64,000 nucleotides of DNA from Marsupella aquatica (Eukaryota > Plantae > Marchantiophyta): the NCBI GenBank assembly GCA_973895155.1, contig OZ316892.1, positions 24,699,233 through 24,763,232 on the forward strand. Direction: 5' to 3'. The notes under the pieces are model-generated. The model did not search any database. It was given only the letters and a program-made list of their open reading frames with translations, and had not been told where the DNA came from. Positions 13,399-27,741 of this stretch are shown one piece after another. The translations under genes were made by a program, and so were the position numbers. The first letter of the stretch is position 1, and each line of letters opens with the position of its first letter.

Positions 13399-14559
13399 GG
13401 AACAAGAGGTGAAGGAGACTACTAGCTACAGTAGATGGCTAAAAAACTGGTTGCAACGGAAAACTCTCCTTAATCCCTCCAAGGTTTTTTTTGTTGTATT
13501 TTTGTGCACTGTCTGGAAGAGAATCGCCATTGCCCACATTGTGCAAGAGTATCTTGAGGTTTGTCCTCTACTTGTCCCTTGGTAAAGCAAGTAAAATCTG
13601 GCCTTGCATGAAATTTGGATTTGTTTTCCAGTGTGAGTAAAATAGGAATCAAATGAAAAATAGCTGGACTGAAAAATCTTTAAGGGATAAAAGTGTCTTA
13701 AATGTTTGTCACTGGGACATTGTAGCGGCCCACAATGCCCAAGCTAGGATAGACCACCATGTTGGACACACTGCTCTCATGGACCACAATTTGGTGGTCC
13801 ATAGGATTTTGGGGCCCATGACTTGATGATTAGGAGTACTAAAATTACTTTTAGATTTGCACCTGTATGGCAACTAGAGAAGGAGGAGACATAAAAAAAT
13901 ACAAACCCAAATATTTCATATTAACACAATGAAAAGGGATCTAATGGAATTTACCATCTATATTTTATGGTGAAAAACAAAATTTACAAAATTTACAGTC
14001 CCTTTGAAGGAAGTGTAGCTTACCTACTCCTTACTGATATCCCCAAAACTACAAATTATTTGAATGTCTGAATATCAAGTTATGATTAAACTCAATGTTT
14101 CTGGAAGATGTGGTCCATGGGGGTTTCAAAGACCAACCTCGTCTACCAAAAGATTTTACATTCCTTGTGAAAGTTGGAAAGAATTTTTCATGTAAGATTT
14201 TCAGAAGATTCCAAGCATTTTGGTGTAAAACACTGACTTTCAGTGTATACATGGTTTTTAAAGCAAAAAAAATGAAAACAAGAGAATAATATTTCGGCCT
14301 TGCATTATATACCAAGATGAGAAATAATCAATGTTCCATGCAGGTCCCGGAGCCAACTGGGATAGCACTACTGTAATTTTATTGGAGTTATCTATCATAT
14401 TTAGACAAGGTCCATCCTGGTTGTTTTAGTCCATGGGAGCGTTCAGGCAAACGTCGAGGTCCATCAGGGCTTTCTTTTCCAATTTTAAGGGAGAGCTTAG
14501 TTTCTAACTTATAGGTGACAGGAGCTTTGCTGACCGTTCATTTTGACCTACAGTAGTAC

Positions 14560-14912
14560 CTGACCCGGAATCCATCTCATCTTACTGTAAACGGCCCCTG
14601 ACACGGAATCTATCCAATTTACTGTGGAGCAGACACTGAATCCATCTAACTTACACTCCAGCCAACACGAAGCCATCCAACCTTATACCTACGAGGACAC
14701 TGGGTCGGTTCAATCTGCTGTAGCATATTTCTCTGAGACGAAATCCATCCAATATTACACCACTGCTGACACGGAATCCATCCGATCTTACACCCTCGCT
14801 GATACGGAATCCATCCCATCTTACACCCTCGCTGACAAGGAATCCATCCCATCTTACACCCCCGCTGGCACGGAATCCATTCATTCTTACATCAGAGCTG
14901 ACATCGAATCTG
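14560..14912 (+). repeat. ~33-bp degenerate tandem repeat upstream of the SirB1-like gene
   Basis: About 10 units of (G)CTGACACGGAATCCATCCCATCTTACACCCTC; one frame reads YTLADTESIPS repeatedly. Confidence 0.85.
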
Positions 14913-15122
14913 GTCAATTGAACACGGGAGCTCGAAGTGCACGACATGCAGCTCAGAAATTCGACAAACCGAAGTCCCTTCGAATCCCTCGCATGGAAGT
15001 TGTCATCCTGCTTCTTCTATGGAAGACGTTGGAGAGATTTCCTTCCTGGCCTTCTAAAGAAATCAGGCACACCATTGCGTTAATATTCACAGCGAATTGA
15101 GTGCAGAGAGACCAAAAAGGCT

Positions 15123-15124
<2 letters not shown>

Positions 15125-15156
<32 letters not shown>

Positions 15157-15166
15157 ATGTGTGTGT
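15125..15166. repeat. (GT)n microsatellite just upstream of the start codon
   Basis: About 20 GT units with one interruption. Confidence 0.95.
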
Positions 15167-15196
15167 CTCTCTCGATATCTCGCTCAATTGTCGGCT

Positions 15197-18100
15197 ATGG
15201 CAGCATTGTGTCCGCAATTAAGTTCGTTACTCCATGACCAGCCGGCAGTGTCCATCCTTCCCTCGTGCAAATGCGCAACCTCCACAATCTTAGGTCTCCC
15301 AAATCCACCCTCCAGTGCGAGCAACAGAGAGTCTCGCTCTACAGGCAGCACAAGCAACACATGGACGAGTGTATCAACGAATTCGGCCAGATATGCATTT
15401 GGAATTGGGGTCACACGACGGAAATTTGGAGTTGATGATTCCGCCAAAGTCAGGCGGCCGTGTGGCTGCGAGGTGGACGGCGCTCGAGCGTCCTCTCATT
15501 TGAATTTTCAGCTCCCCTCGAGGAGCTTTTCGGGATGTGAGCGAGGGAGCACGAGCACGAGCTTTGAGTCTAGTGAACTAGGGTGCAAATCGGCGTCTTA
15601 TAACAATCCGCAATTCAGTGGAGAGAGGGGCGGGAAGCAGCAGCAGCATGAAAAGGATTCGAGGACGAGTTTAGGGTTTTATCTCCATGACCTGATGGAC
15701 CAGGCTGGAATTGAAACGACGCATGCTCGGGTTCTCATCTTACTGACTTGAAATGCTTTGTTTACATTTTACTTCTCCTTCTGAAGCTTCATCAATATTT
15801 CCTTGAGGGAAGGAGGTAGAAGGATGAGCTAATTTAATTAGGAAGTATCAAACCCTCCAGTTGGGCAAAAGGGACAGAAAGTTTGTGGTAAAAAAATCCA
15901 ACAGAAAGAGGACATCCAGTATGGCATGGAGAATGTCCTTCTAGTTTTATTTGGTAGAGAACATATTGGATTCTACATGAACTAGAGTCCTCAATTTTAT
16001 CTCGGAAAAAGCATATCCTATTTCAGTGACATTCATGTAAGAGATGTATCCAACCTTACATGGGACAGAGTCCTTCCTTGAGAGAGTATATCCGATTTTG
16101 CACCTGAAAGAGAATGAGCGATTTTACTTGAAAGAGAGACGTCCAGTTTAACGTGGACGGATTTCTCGGGCGGATAGCCAGCTACAAAATGAATCCACTG
16201 GAACTGCATCGCATGGTTGCCCTAAATTTGTACCTTGTTCACTTGCTGCTGCTCAGGTCGCACGAATGGGCTTCGCTGAGGAGGTTGCCAAGCTGAGGAA
16301 TGAGGATTCGACATCTGATAACACAGAATCAGACATGGTGGATGTGGCTAGAGCAGCTCTGGAGATTTCTGCTGAAGACGATGCTCTTGTATCACATTCT
16401 TCGGTTCCTCTCCCAGTTGACAGTTATTTGGATAGACTGGACAGTATGGCTACTGAGTTTGCTGGACACCATCTTCCGGCTCATTCACCCGACGTTTTTG
16501 AGTCCCTGGGAAAGTATTTATGGACCTACAAGGTTAGCATGCCGTGTAACAGCCACCGTCCTCATGTGAAGATGCTGAGAAGTTGCGAGAGTGTGCTGTG
16601 TCACATTTCCAATTCTTCTCCAAATCACTAGTCCTTTAGCTGACAATTTCTTTGATTTTTGGACATTGAATGCGAAATGTCGTTATAGCATCTGGAGCCC
16701 ATTTACTCTCTGTTGGAAGTGTAAGTTCTTAGGATCGAAGTAAAGTCAGGATTTCAATGACTCTCAACCGATAGTTGTATAAGCACGTTCTGTTTCGTCT
16801 AAGGACACTGGTGGAGCAGCTTCAAGTCCAGTCGCTGATGAGGGAATTTGTGGGCTCATGTTCTTAGGGGTTCCGAAGTACAAAGGCAAGAACAAGCCAA
16901 GATGCGAGAGATTTCTATCTGAATGGGGTGAGTTGCTGTGCACCTTTCAAACCGCAGTCGTGGTGTTTTCTGTGTCCAGGGTTGGTGGGGACAAATCATT
17001 TGCTAATTTTGCCAATCATCTTTGTAATCAGGTTAAAATGCCATTTGACAGGTTCTGACCCGGCGACAAGGACCTCCTCTCATGCTTGGGCTAATTTACA
17101 GTGCAGTGGTGAAGAGGTTGTGGAGGTCGGGAACCATAGATTTTCTTGCCGATATAGATATAACAGATGACAGCCTTTCTTTCCCTCTTCCGATCTACAA
17201 AAACCCATACGGAACATCTGTACGCGGCGTGGATGATCAACACAACAGCACGGAGCTGTTCCACCCCAAGAATGTGCTGTCAGAAGTACGCTCTCTTCGA
17301 TGCTTGAGCTAGTACTGGAACTAACAACTATTTGTGAGCCGTGCCAGCTTCTAGGACTTGGTTCGACTGCTGATAGGGTATCGTTTGAAGCTTGGATGTA
17401 TTTTAGTTTAGACGGCAGTATAGCTGTAAGCTGCGTTATTAAGAATCTAGCGAAAATGGAAGTTCATCGGTTATGCTCAGGTGTTCAGTATGCAGTTACC
17501 TTCCAAATGCAATTACATCGGGCCTCCTCGTCAGTGTGCCTTCTCCCTCCAATTCAGTTTTTGTTGAATCACTTAGCCTTCGAAATGAAAAAGTCATCTG
17601 ATCTGCCTACAGATTTTGAGGTCCCTCAAGAAGCTTTACTGGCCGTGGAGATCCTTCCCTGGCTCCGGTGAGGGGAGCGATTTTCTGGAGGCAGCGACAG
17701 CTGCAAGCCGAGGCATCGTCACTTCCGCAAGCGATTCCCACGGCCCTTTTGAGAGTCTGTTCAATGCACCCTCCAGTGAGAGGTTCTTCCGCTTAAACCA
17801 TTCGATCACATGAGAAGTTTGCTAAAAGTTTAAAGGACGACTATTTCGGTGTTGCCCTCCTTCGGATGTTTCGACCTCTGCTTGCAGATTTTGATGAATT
17901 ATTCAGTCAGGACATGAACCTAGTTTGCTTTGAACTTGCAGAGGATCCGAAGTAGCAAGAGCACGAGCAGCACAATATCGATTGCAGCGTGGGATCTGGA
18001 CCAGCACAACGTTTGGAGATCTCAGGCGTGCTCTTGCAGGTTAGCTCCATGCCCGCTGGAAGCATTTGCTTAAGCTTTTGTTTGGAATGGCAAGAGGCAT

Positions 18101-18629
18101 GTCTGGAGGAAGTGTTGGCCTGTTGTATGCGGCTGTCTCTTGATCTTGACTAACTCTGATATGGGTGAGCAGCTTCTGAAAGGCTTGTCATACTCGGCGA
18201 CAATTGTGAGCACCGGGACTACGGCATGTTGCTGTTCCATGCTGGATTGTACGAGCAGTCTTTTCAGTATCTGAGTTCTTATGCAAATAGAGAGGTATGG
18301 TTGGCTTCTGTCTACTCATGATAATTGGTCGGAGCTGAGCAAATGTTGGCGAACAATTGCCGAACCGTAGTTGGGGAAAAACCATAGACGCTCGAATTGT
18401 CAGCATAATTTTTTAAGTTCTGTATGTCTAACGCCACACAAAACGTCCTCCACAGGTCCCTGCACCGGTTCCGGTTGTTTTTAATGCCCTCAAAGCGCAA
18501 GTGGAAGTAAAGGAAGCTGAGGCCTTGAATAGGTTACTGGAGCGTTTGAGCCTGATCATGACAGAAAGATCTTGGAATATTTCCTCTGACCCACCTCCAC
18601 CAATCGAGTCACCCCCTGATCCATGGTGA
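15197..18629 (+). CDS. SirB1/transglutaminase-like (Transglut_core2) plus TPR-like protein with a probable plastid transit peptide, about 8 exons
   Basis: Ser-rich N-terminus, then exons VDVARAALEISAEDD...VPLPVDSYLDRLD (16257-16531), GFRST...DFYLNG, VLTRRQGPPLMLGLIYSAV, ILRSLKKLYWPW, ARAAQYRLQRGIWTSTTFGDLRRALA, SERLVIL...RDYGMLLFHAGLYEQSFQYL, ending PPDPW*. This resembles the conserved plant transglutaminase-family protein. Confidence 0.85.
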
Positions 18630-20975
18630 TACTACATTACAGACCCTGTGCAAAGTTGAGCTCGTTTCTCAACGGGGATAAGGACAAAGGAGAAGCCCCT
18701 CACTGAAGGTAAGGTTTTCTTGGTTAACACAAATTTGTCCTTTGCCCATGTCCTGGAAATGTCACCTCCTGCTATTCCTTCCTTTGTACCATCACAGATG
18801 TATCATAGGGACATCACAGTCAAAGACACGACAGTGAATTGGTTGTACAACGTAGTACGAGAATGTTTTCATCCTCCAGTAGATGGTTAGATAGGTAGGG
18901 TGCCCATGTGCCTTAATGAATAGGTCAGGAATATTCAACCTCATGTAGGCAGTTAGATAGGTATGGTGCCATTGTATCTAAATGGGTATTTCAGGAATGC
19001 AGCAAATTTAGAAACGAAGGGGATATCGAAGAGTTCGAGACAGGTGGCATCTCACTCCTTTGATGTCAGGATGTCTTAACCCTCAACACCCATAGCATGT
19101 AAAAAGTTCGAATATTTAAGTTGATTGAGATTATAGACATTTTTTTGAAGGTTACGTAGATTGTGTTGTCAGAGTCGCCTGGGTACTCGGGTCTCATAGC
19201 TGTGGAGGATGATTTTCGACGTCCACTTAACAGCTTGCACTCTCATGTCTGTCGAGCATGAGAGATGGTAGCTCAGATGAACATATGAATAAAAACGGCT
19301 TTAAATATATTGATGATTAGCCAACAAACGGTGAGCTCAGCTGACGAGAGAACTGATGAGTACAGTAATTAAGATCACAGACGAAAGACACTTGAAACTG
19401 CGATATTGCGTTTGACGTCTGCTCATGAAGAGAATTGTAAAGGACAAGCCGAGAATGGAAGATGGCATACGATAAGATGGGGTAGCTGTTACATATTGTA
19501 TTACCTACGTGTGTGTTCCTAAAACGACGGGTTCACGAGCATTGAATGTATGGGGTGCTTTAAATATAGTCCAGGCGACTTCTATCTCCACGAGAGAGGC
19601 GTCGACCACGGGAGAATCATCTCATTTATTTTACAAGTACTAACAATGTCCGGAAGCATGAACTGTGAGCAAAGCGGAGACACTTTAACCAACGTGAAAT
19701 CAGACGTTTATGTCCAGACACCATCACATGCGTCAAGATGAACTCGGTCATGAGAGTCCGGGAATTAACCCATGTCCTCCTAAATTACGGGAGCATGTCT
19801 AGAGATATCTCCAGAAGCATGTCGAGCTTTACAGTGATCCTATACAGTCATCTACACTGTCTGAATGCCTCTTACTCATAAATTGAGACCGCCATAGCCC
19901 GAAAAGAGGACACGGATGTAGAAGGTGACTGCTAATCGAGACTCTTTTATGGCAGGTGTGATTTAAGAATGTTCAAATAAAATTTATACTTTTCTTGAAA
20001 CAATAGCTCCATACCGTTGATTTTCCTCAACTTTGCATGGACACGAGAGGCAGTGAGCAAATTTCATGCAATCAACGCGAAAGCACCACACCCAATCTAC
20101 AGCCCGAAGCAATTACTCTGTTGACTCGACTTGAGAAACATGGATTCTTTCGAGAATCTAAAATGGCAGTTCCCTCACGGTTGCTTCAATATATCAGCAG
20201 CACGGGACTTCTGATTATAGCTACGGAATAGCCATCCCCTGGGTGGGTCTGCCTGTCCATGTCCACATTATTTGACAAGTGCTCTCCACTGTTACCTCAT
20301 CACTGCCCTTGCTGGACTGCCAACCTGCTCTGAAACTGCACGAGAAAATCCAAAGTTATTTGAGCAGCAGACTCCAAAAAAAAAAAAACTGCTTCAAGAC
20401 TCAAACACTATGCAGCGATTGTTCATAGACACTAGCAAACAGCACCAGCTTACTCGCTGAAAGTCCAAATGTACCTTCGTTGATGTTACAGCTTGCCTCA
20501 TAAACGGCCAAATTTAATGGATTATCCTCCGAGGATAGTAACAAGCCTGAGAGAGTTTGAAAGGATAACAGGGTTTCTTGGTGATGAACAAGGGTAGCTC
20601 AAGAAAAATGGATTATCCCGAGATGTTGTACCCAATGATGTTGTGACGCCACTCAAATCTGCTCCGTCTGTTCAGATCCACAGTCCTGTGAGTCACTGCA
20701 GAAGCTTCCTCAAAGTAAATCTTATTCCATATTCCCAAAGCAATAGGCCCGAAGTTCTTACAACTTGGTACCAAACACAGTGAGGTTGGAATTGATATAT
20801 GTATGCACCATGCCAGACCTGACTCACGGACTTGGAGCCGTCACCTTGGCCCTACTGCTCAATCATGTGAATGGGGAATAGAGATTGACAGTGAGATGAA
20901 GTTCCTGCGAGGTTTAACTCAACTGTCCCATCATGTTGGGGAAAAGAGTTATCAAAACTGATAGTGTTGTCGGGA

Positions 20976-23900
20976 TTATAAACCCAGCTCTCGGCTCATC
21001 ATACGTAGCAAAATATGTAGCAACTCATTGACTCGAGTTACCCTTGACCCCACTAGTTCACAAAGTGGTGAAAATAGCAACAGAAGGTGACCATATTGCC
21101 AAACTGGTGGTTGAATGTCCTTGCTGGATGCACGATTGGTGGGTTGACCCGGTTGTCCAGCTGATTTCTCCTTGCGAGTAATTGGCAACTCGAGTGCTGA
21201 GGCCGTCAGAGGATGAAGTACAAGTCGAGCAAGTTCTTCAAGTACAAAGATCAACTCATCAACCCGCACTTGAGGCATTGGGTTTTCACCACTATCATTC
21301 TCATCCACCTGGAATTGGCGCAGAATAGAGCTGCAACGTCTTGTAAGAACTATTACGCTCAATCTGCTAACTGCAATTTTTGATGAAGCGTTTGTGGCTT
21401 CAGGTGCGACCCAGCAGAGTTTGAACAGCTTGTTCAGACAAAGTAGTGAAAATCGTCCGCAATGAACGGGTAGAAGTGACACACTTGGAAGAGGTAGCAG
21501 AGATGTCCGGGCTGCACACCGGTCTATAACATCAATCAAGCGATGAACGACTTCTCTGGGAGCATCTTGACAGCTGTTGAGCACTTTGTGGGATAAGACA
21601 TCAAGCATGCTTGCCTCGAGGAGTTCATCTGCTTTTATCACATCGGAGGACACTGTCTCACCACCAGGAAGGGTAAAAGCACGTCCACATGCACCAACCA
21701 AGAACTTTTCATAAGCTTCAGTGACCTCCTTCCAAAACTTTGGCCTGTTGATTCCTCCCCGATTTTCTGAGTCCCTTCGTCCGTACTGGAAGCCATCAGA
21801 GGAATCAGGAATAAGTGATTCCTCAACCACCCGATTGAAGTTTCCTACAGCTGCTCTCCAAAGCAGGTCAGTAGGGCTGTCCCTTCTGGTGGCCAAGCAT
21901 CTCCCTAACGAGGCTACCAAGGTAGGTAAGACAACAGCTTTTGCAGTCGAGGGAGCTACCTCGTACAATTGAAGCAACACACCTAAAACTTTAACTGAGA
22001 AGGCGAAGGATAGAGCACTAGAATCCAGGATTATAGCCGGGACAATTACATCAGCATCCATACTTCCCACACGGTCAGATTGTGAGGAATGAGATTCCTT
22101 GATGATAGAATGTCGTGTCTTGGGAGACGGATGTTGATCATGTCCGTTCACTACTGTGTGTGAAGCTTTCCCAATGCCCTGTTGTGGTGCACCCATAGTA
22201 ATCTTACAGTGATCCCCAATCAAGCCTTCACCTCCTGGTAGGTAGGATAAGATTTGTCGAAGGAAGACAGGCCATAAGGGCATTAATTTGTCATCCGCAG
22301 GCTTCAATGAAGGAAGAACTTCCAGGCCGGTTCGTTGCAGTGGTGGAAGAACTCCTCCAGCAGGACTCTCCCCTAAATTTGAAGGATGCCGCGCATAAAC
22401 GTCTACCATTGCCAGCAGTCTTAGGTACGTTGATTGCTCAAACATAGCATATCCATGTGAGTAGAGCTCCGCAACATTTTGAAGAAGCTCTTGACTAACT
22501 TTGAGGGCCACACTATTGTCGGGTTTGCCAATGGAGACCACAATAGTTTCATAGACTGAAAATGCACTGCTGAAAAAGAAGCTGGATAGGCTACCCTTTG
22601 AAGCCTGCATTAGGAGTATAGAATGCAATGAGGTTAAAGCAGCAAGTCCAACTTCCTTGCTGCCTTCAAGCACACTTTCCTGAATAAATGAAAGAATGAC
22701 TTCCCAGCCTTGCTTGAAGTTGTTGATTGACTGGCAGATATGAAAGTACGGAGGCTTAAATAGCCTACTGAATCCACCAAGTACCACAACCAGTGTCTCG
22801 TCCCACTGCTTCTGAGCTGTATTGCGGCTGTGATGTACAAGCATGTGCACTGTTTTTCCCCCTTGCATCCCGAGCTCTTTCCCAATTTCATCCTTGGAAG
22901 AGGTTGCTGCCAAGTGGCGAACGGTGTTCACTAAGGGAAAGATTAGCTTCCAAAGGCAATGCTCCCACATTTCTCCAGATATCTTAAGACCATGGCTACT
23001 AACAGACTGAAAGAGAGTCCGTATGGCTGAATTCCGAACCTCTGGTCTCTCATCTGTTCCAAGACCTTGAAGGACTCCATAAACAGCCAGGAGCAGCCCA
23101 TCCCAATCCATATCCGTCCGTTCCACTAAAACTGTTGGGCCCAACTCACGTCCAGTGTCAGTTGCGCTATCCAGTCTACCAGAATTTCCTGGGGTGTGAG
23201 ACAACTCCATTCTCATCCCTAGCTGCCTACTGTTGTCCCCTTCTAGTGCTTTATGATCAACCCCCCTGGCAAAAAAATCCGCTACAGTCCACAACAAACC
23301 TATCGCTGTCAAACTTATGTTCATATCAGTTTTCTGGGCGCCATATGCTCCTGCCACTTGCACACATGAGTCAAGGGCATGCGCTGGTATGGACAGAAGT
23401 CCATCGTTCATTATGATACGTACATTTTGAAATCCAAGGGGAACAATATCTTTTTCAGAATCATTTGCCACTGATTTGAGTAGCTCCAGCATACTAGGCC
23501 AGCTATGATACAGCTTCTCCCCATGCCTCTCCAGCACATGAAGGAGAATCTTCACAGCACCTGAGCGAAGCTCCGCAGTTTGTCCACGATGGTAGATTGA
23601 ACTCAAAGGTAGGACAACTGCACACTCGAAGGCATCCAGCTGAAAGCTTCCTTTCCTCACTTTCAGAACACTTGACCGCCTCTCTGTTTTCAATGTCTCA
23701 CTTACAGGCCCCAAACTAATAAACTGACCAAACTCTTCCGCATTTTCTGCAACTACCAGTTCTTCTCCAGTGGTGGCTTTGAACTTTACAGCATCTCGAC
23801 GAATTCTTTCACATCCAAGAACAGCACCTATTGACCGATCCAAAGCATCGAGAGCAACAGCCCGTACTTGTGGGCTCTCATGCTCCGTCAATTCCAGAAA

Positions 23901-26369
23901 ATGAGCTGAGACCTGATCCCACAAGAGATCTGCACGATGCAGGTTGTTTGAGAGTGTAGCCAACATCCGGTCAACCGCGAACATTTTTGGTAACATCGCT
24001 ACTCCCACATTGCTCGCTACAGCAACACTGCTACCAGATGCCGCTGCACCTAATCCGCTTGTAACTCCTGTCAGTGAATTGAGTGAAACTTCTCGTAGTG
24101 CTGCTATGAGAGCACACACAGCTGAAGTTGTCATCATGGCTGAGCTTTCAAAAAGCTGGGAATCGAGGATCAGAAGAACCTGGAAATCGCTGGCTTGTCT
24201 CCCTTCAGAGGTCCGGGCACCAAAAGCTGAGACCTCCTGAGTGGTGGCATGAGGAGAATGTATGAGACGATCCACCACAGCAAGAGTCTCCAACACCATT
24301 ACCCAAGACTGATCCAGAACACAGTTCAACCTGTGAGAGACGTTGAATAGAGTTCGTAATGCCTGGAGGTTTTTCACCGTGAGTACTGCCCCTTCTCGCT
24401 GATCTAAGCCAAGATCACTGACCCGCTTCCCCTGAGATGAAGGATTAGAACCGTTGCTGCTTCCACTCATCTTCTCGATGTCTCCCATTGGCGCCAGAGA
24501 AAATTTGCAAAGCGATGCCAGGAAAGCATCCCGAGGTGGTATAGCTCGGAGGACCCCACAAGATTGTGTGAATGCCTGGTACCCTTTGAGAATCTCCAAC
24601 ACAATGGCTTCCCCTTGGGACCTGGAAAGCATTAGGGATAGCGCATCCAGAAGCGTACTCCAAACTGCACTGACCAAGACTAGACACGTCGAAGCAAGCT
24701 CTCCTCCATCTTTCTGGAACTCTGAAGATGAGCCTGAATTTTGAGTACCAGCAGCTTCAAACCTGGGAGAATTGAGCTCGCCAGCTTCCATGGCTTCGTC
24801 AGTTAGGGTTGCCACTGTGAAGACAACTCCCAATAGACCTTCCACAGCCAAGGTGATTGCATGGGCCTCACTTGCGACCACCACTGCGGCGCCACTGGCA
24901 TCATGTTCCATGGCCCATTCTACACCTTTTGCCTTGCTATTGAACATGCCTGCAACTGCAGCATTGAGGGCCACGCTTTCCTCACTCACTTCTTGTACCT
25001 GCAGCCAATCATAATGTCAGGGAAGGAAAACCTTCAGATTAGTGTAGCTCTCAGAAAGTGGGAACAAAGTTGCCCAAGCATAGACCTCAAATTAGGTACA
25101 AGTAAACGAGCAAAGCTGATGATGGGACATAAAATGAAGGGAATTGGTGAATTCTTTTACCTGAAGAGTACTCACAACTTTTGCCAACGCTTTCACCATA
25201 TCTGTGACTAGGTTGGCATTCTTTGGCTGCATATCAAAGGTTTGGAAGAGAAGACGAAGCATCCTCGCCTCGACACAAAAGCCCCTGAGCACTTCAAGGA
25301 CCATGATTCTATGCCACAGGGGTAATTCCAAGTCGGCACTCTTGACGAGCATGCTCAAGAAGACTTCACATTCCGTAGTGACAATCGAGCTATAGAGCCT
25401 CGTAACACTGGCCATAGTGCGCAAAACCAACCTCCTATATGCTGGGTCGGAATCTCCGATCTCAAGCTCACCAGAAGTTCTCATAGATGTCATTAACAAA
25501 GAGCATACCTGATCTCGCAAAACCTGTTCATAGGGTGCCAACTTCCTGAAAATTGGGACATAGTGTGAGAGAACATACTCCAATATGTCCAGAGCAAAAT
25601 TCTTATGTAGGCAAGAGACGTGGAGCCAAGTAGCTGCTCCCCCACCGGCCAGGGACGTGAGATCCTCAAACAGCCGGAGACCCAGTCTCCCGGCCTGGGT
25701 CAGGTCATCCTTCGAGTTCACTATGTGGGGATCATCCGTCAATGCCTTCTCCACAGCCTTGGCAGCAACCATGTTCCGGCTGACATCCCCTGAAACAGAA
25801 TTCGAGCGAGCCGACCGACTCCTCCAGCCAGAATTGAGCACCGGGAGCTTCTCAGCACTGATTACCCGGTCAAAAATGAGTGCCACTGCCTGACGGAGCG
25901 TAGCTGCTGCAGTGCCATGCACACTGTCTGCACTCCTGTTGTTAGCGAGCAATGTAAGGCAGATCTCCAGCAGAATTGCCATACTATCCTCGTCATTGGG
26001 GTGCAGCTGAGATTGGAGAATCGTCAGGATTGTCTGCAGGGTCTTCAATTGAATAACCTCTTCGGACATCTCCGAATGTTCTTTAAGGGTGGCCAGAATT
26101 GAAGACAGCGCCGTGGGGGACACCGCATCGTGAGAGATCAACTTCTGCATGCAGGCGAGACCTAGCGAGCTCATTTTCACATTCTTCGGCTCACACGCCA
26201 ACAGAAAGGTGCGGACAATGTCATCGCTCTTGGCAAGCTGGCCCGGATCGGAGGTAGATCTCAATTTCAGAATGGCGTGCTCCGCTGCGTCCTTTACCAA
26301 AGGGTACCTGCGCCGCGCCTCAGAAGAGAGCGCCCGCAGATCGGCCTCAAGTACTGCCGTAAACGCCAT
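20976..26369 (-). CDS. MON2: Protein MON2 homolog (ARF-GEF-like DCB/HUS/ARM scaffold), ~1743 aa in two exons: 26369-25161 and 24998-20976
   Basis: MAFTAVLEADLRALSSEARRRYPLVKDAAEHAILKLR N-terminus, PLWHRIMVLEVLRGFC, DERPEVRNSAIRTLF and LVHHSRNTAQKQWDET are MON2 motifs. One 162-bp GT-AG intron (24999-25160) joins the two long ORFs in frame. Confidence 0.95.
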
Positions 26370-27741
26370 TGCTCGGGCGACGGAGCCTCTCAAACTCTAC
26401 AACCCCGCTTCTCTTGTTGGCCGCTATCTCTCCCCATCTTCCTGCTCCAACTCCTCATCCAGCCTCCTCAAAATCTCCCATAACGACCTCCAAACTCCAT
26501 CGTTTTCCGCAACCCCCTGCTGCTTGCTTTCCTCTGATTTTCTCACTCCGACCAAAGAGAGAGATGGCATATTACTGCACTCGCAGAACTCATTCTGTGT
26601 CATTCCCAACAGATCCATTCTGTATCATTCCCCAATTGATCAGGAAATGCCCGGACCATTAGAATTTAAGCTCCATGAAAGCGACCCGTGGATTGCAGCA
26701 GCAAAACACACATTTTGTAGAGATTAACGGAAGAGCCTAACGTAAAGTAAGAGGAGATCTTGCGAGTGGAAGGTCACAGATTGGGAAATGCATTAAGACG
26801 TGTACATTTGAATGAAAGATTTCGTAAATCTGTCCATTGGATGGCCTCCTACAACCCGCCTAGGCCATCCGCGTGTTATTAACCCTAGCCACGCAGGTTG
26901 GAGACAGAATTGGCAGGCGAAATACAGAGAGACCCACTGAGATGCTTCCCATTGGAGCGTCTTCTAAGGCAGACTCAGTTCCACAAGCAGAAAAACGAGA
27001 AATGGCCTCAAGACCTATCTGTTTCAAACTAGCTGTTATAGGGAGCTACTCACCATGATTCAAATGACGAGTTTTCCGATTCAGTCACTCATCCTGCTGG
27101 ATCCCCGGATCTACAGAGGAAATGAGAAGCTTGGTGATATACAGGATTGCAAAGCTCATCCATGAATCAGCTCCACATCCGACACAGCCAACTCCTCCTC
27201 TGTTCATACAATGCCACCCAATCCAGGTCCATCAGCTTCCCTCCAGGTCCATCAGCTTCCCTCCAGGAGCTGAGACTCGCCCTGCTCTGATCTGCTCTTC
27301 TCTGACCTGCCCTGCCGATACAACAACCCCCAAACTCCTCAATCTCAAAGCAGCATTCCGCTTCAGACCATCGTAAGCGCCTGATCATCCACGACTCATC
27401 CTCAATCCGCTCATCCGGACTCACATCGCTCAAATTGCCGCCTCAAATCCCAGAAAGCAGAGAGTGGAAAGCCCGGTGAGGCAGAGCAATTCCGAGAGCT
27501 TCTTCGTCTGAAAATCTTGAAATGTGTGTCGTTGAAATCAGAGTAGAAAACTGGAAATTCGGCAGTGATGATCGTCGACAGATCCGCATCCTCCTCAGGT
27601 GTGCGTCCACTGAAATTCCCAGGCGGCAAACTTGAACACCGGGCTCGTAGTAACTATTCATCCATGTTCTCAGTCTTGCGCTGCCTGCTTTCTCGAGCAC
27701 TCTTTCAGTCTCTCTCTCGCTTGTGCTTTGTTTGCAGTCTC

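Noticed and set aside
1-18629. LpxB, Orn and SirB1-like as a bacterial operon or contamination
   Set aside because: All are spliced, kilobases apart, on mixed strands, and belong to known nuclear plant gene families.
21638-26727. Many short antisense or alternate-frame ORFs over MON2 (likewise over the copia, ATP-grasp and coiled-coil genes)
   Set aside because: They are shadow ORFs of real coding sequence with no independent motifs.
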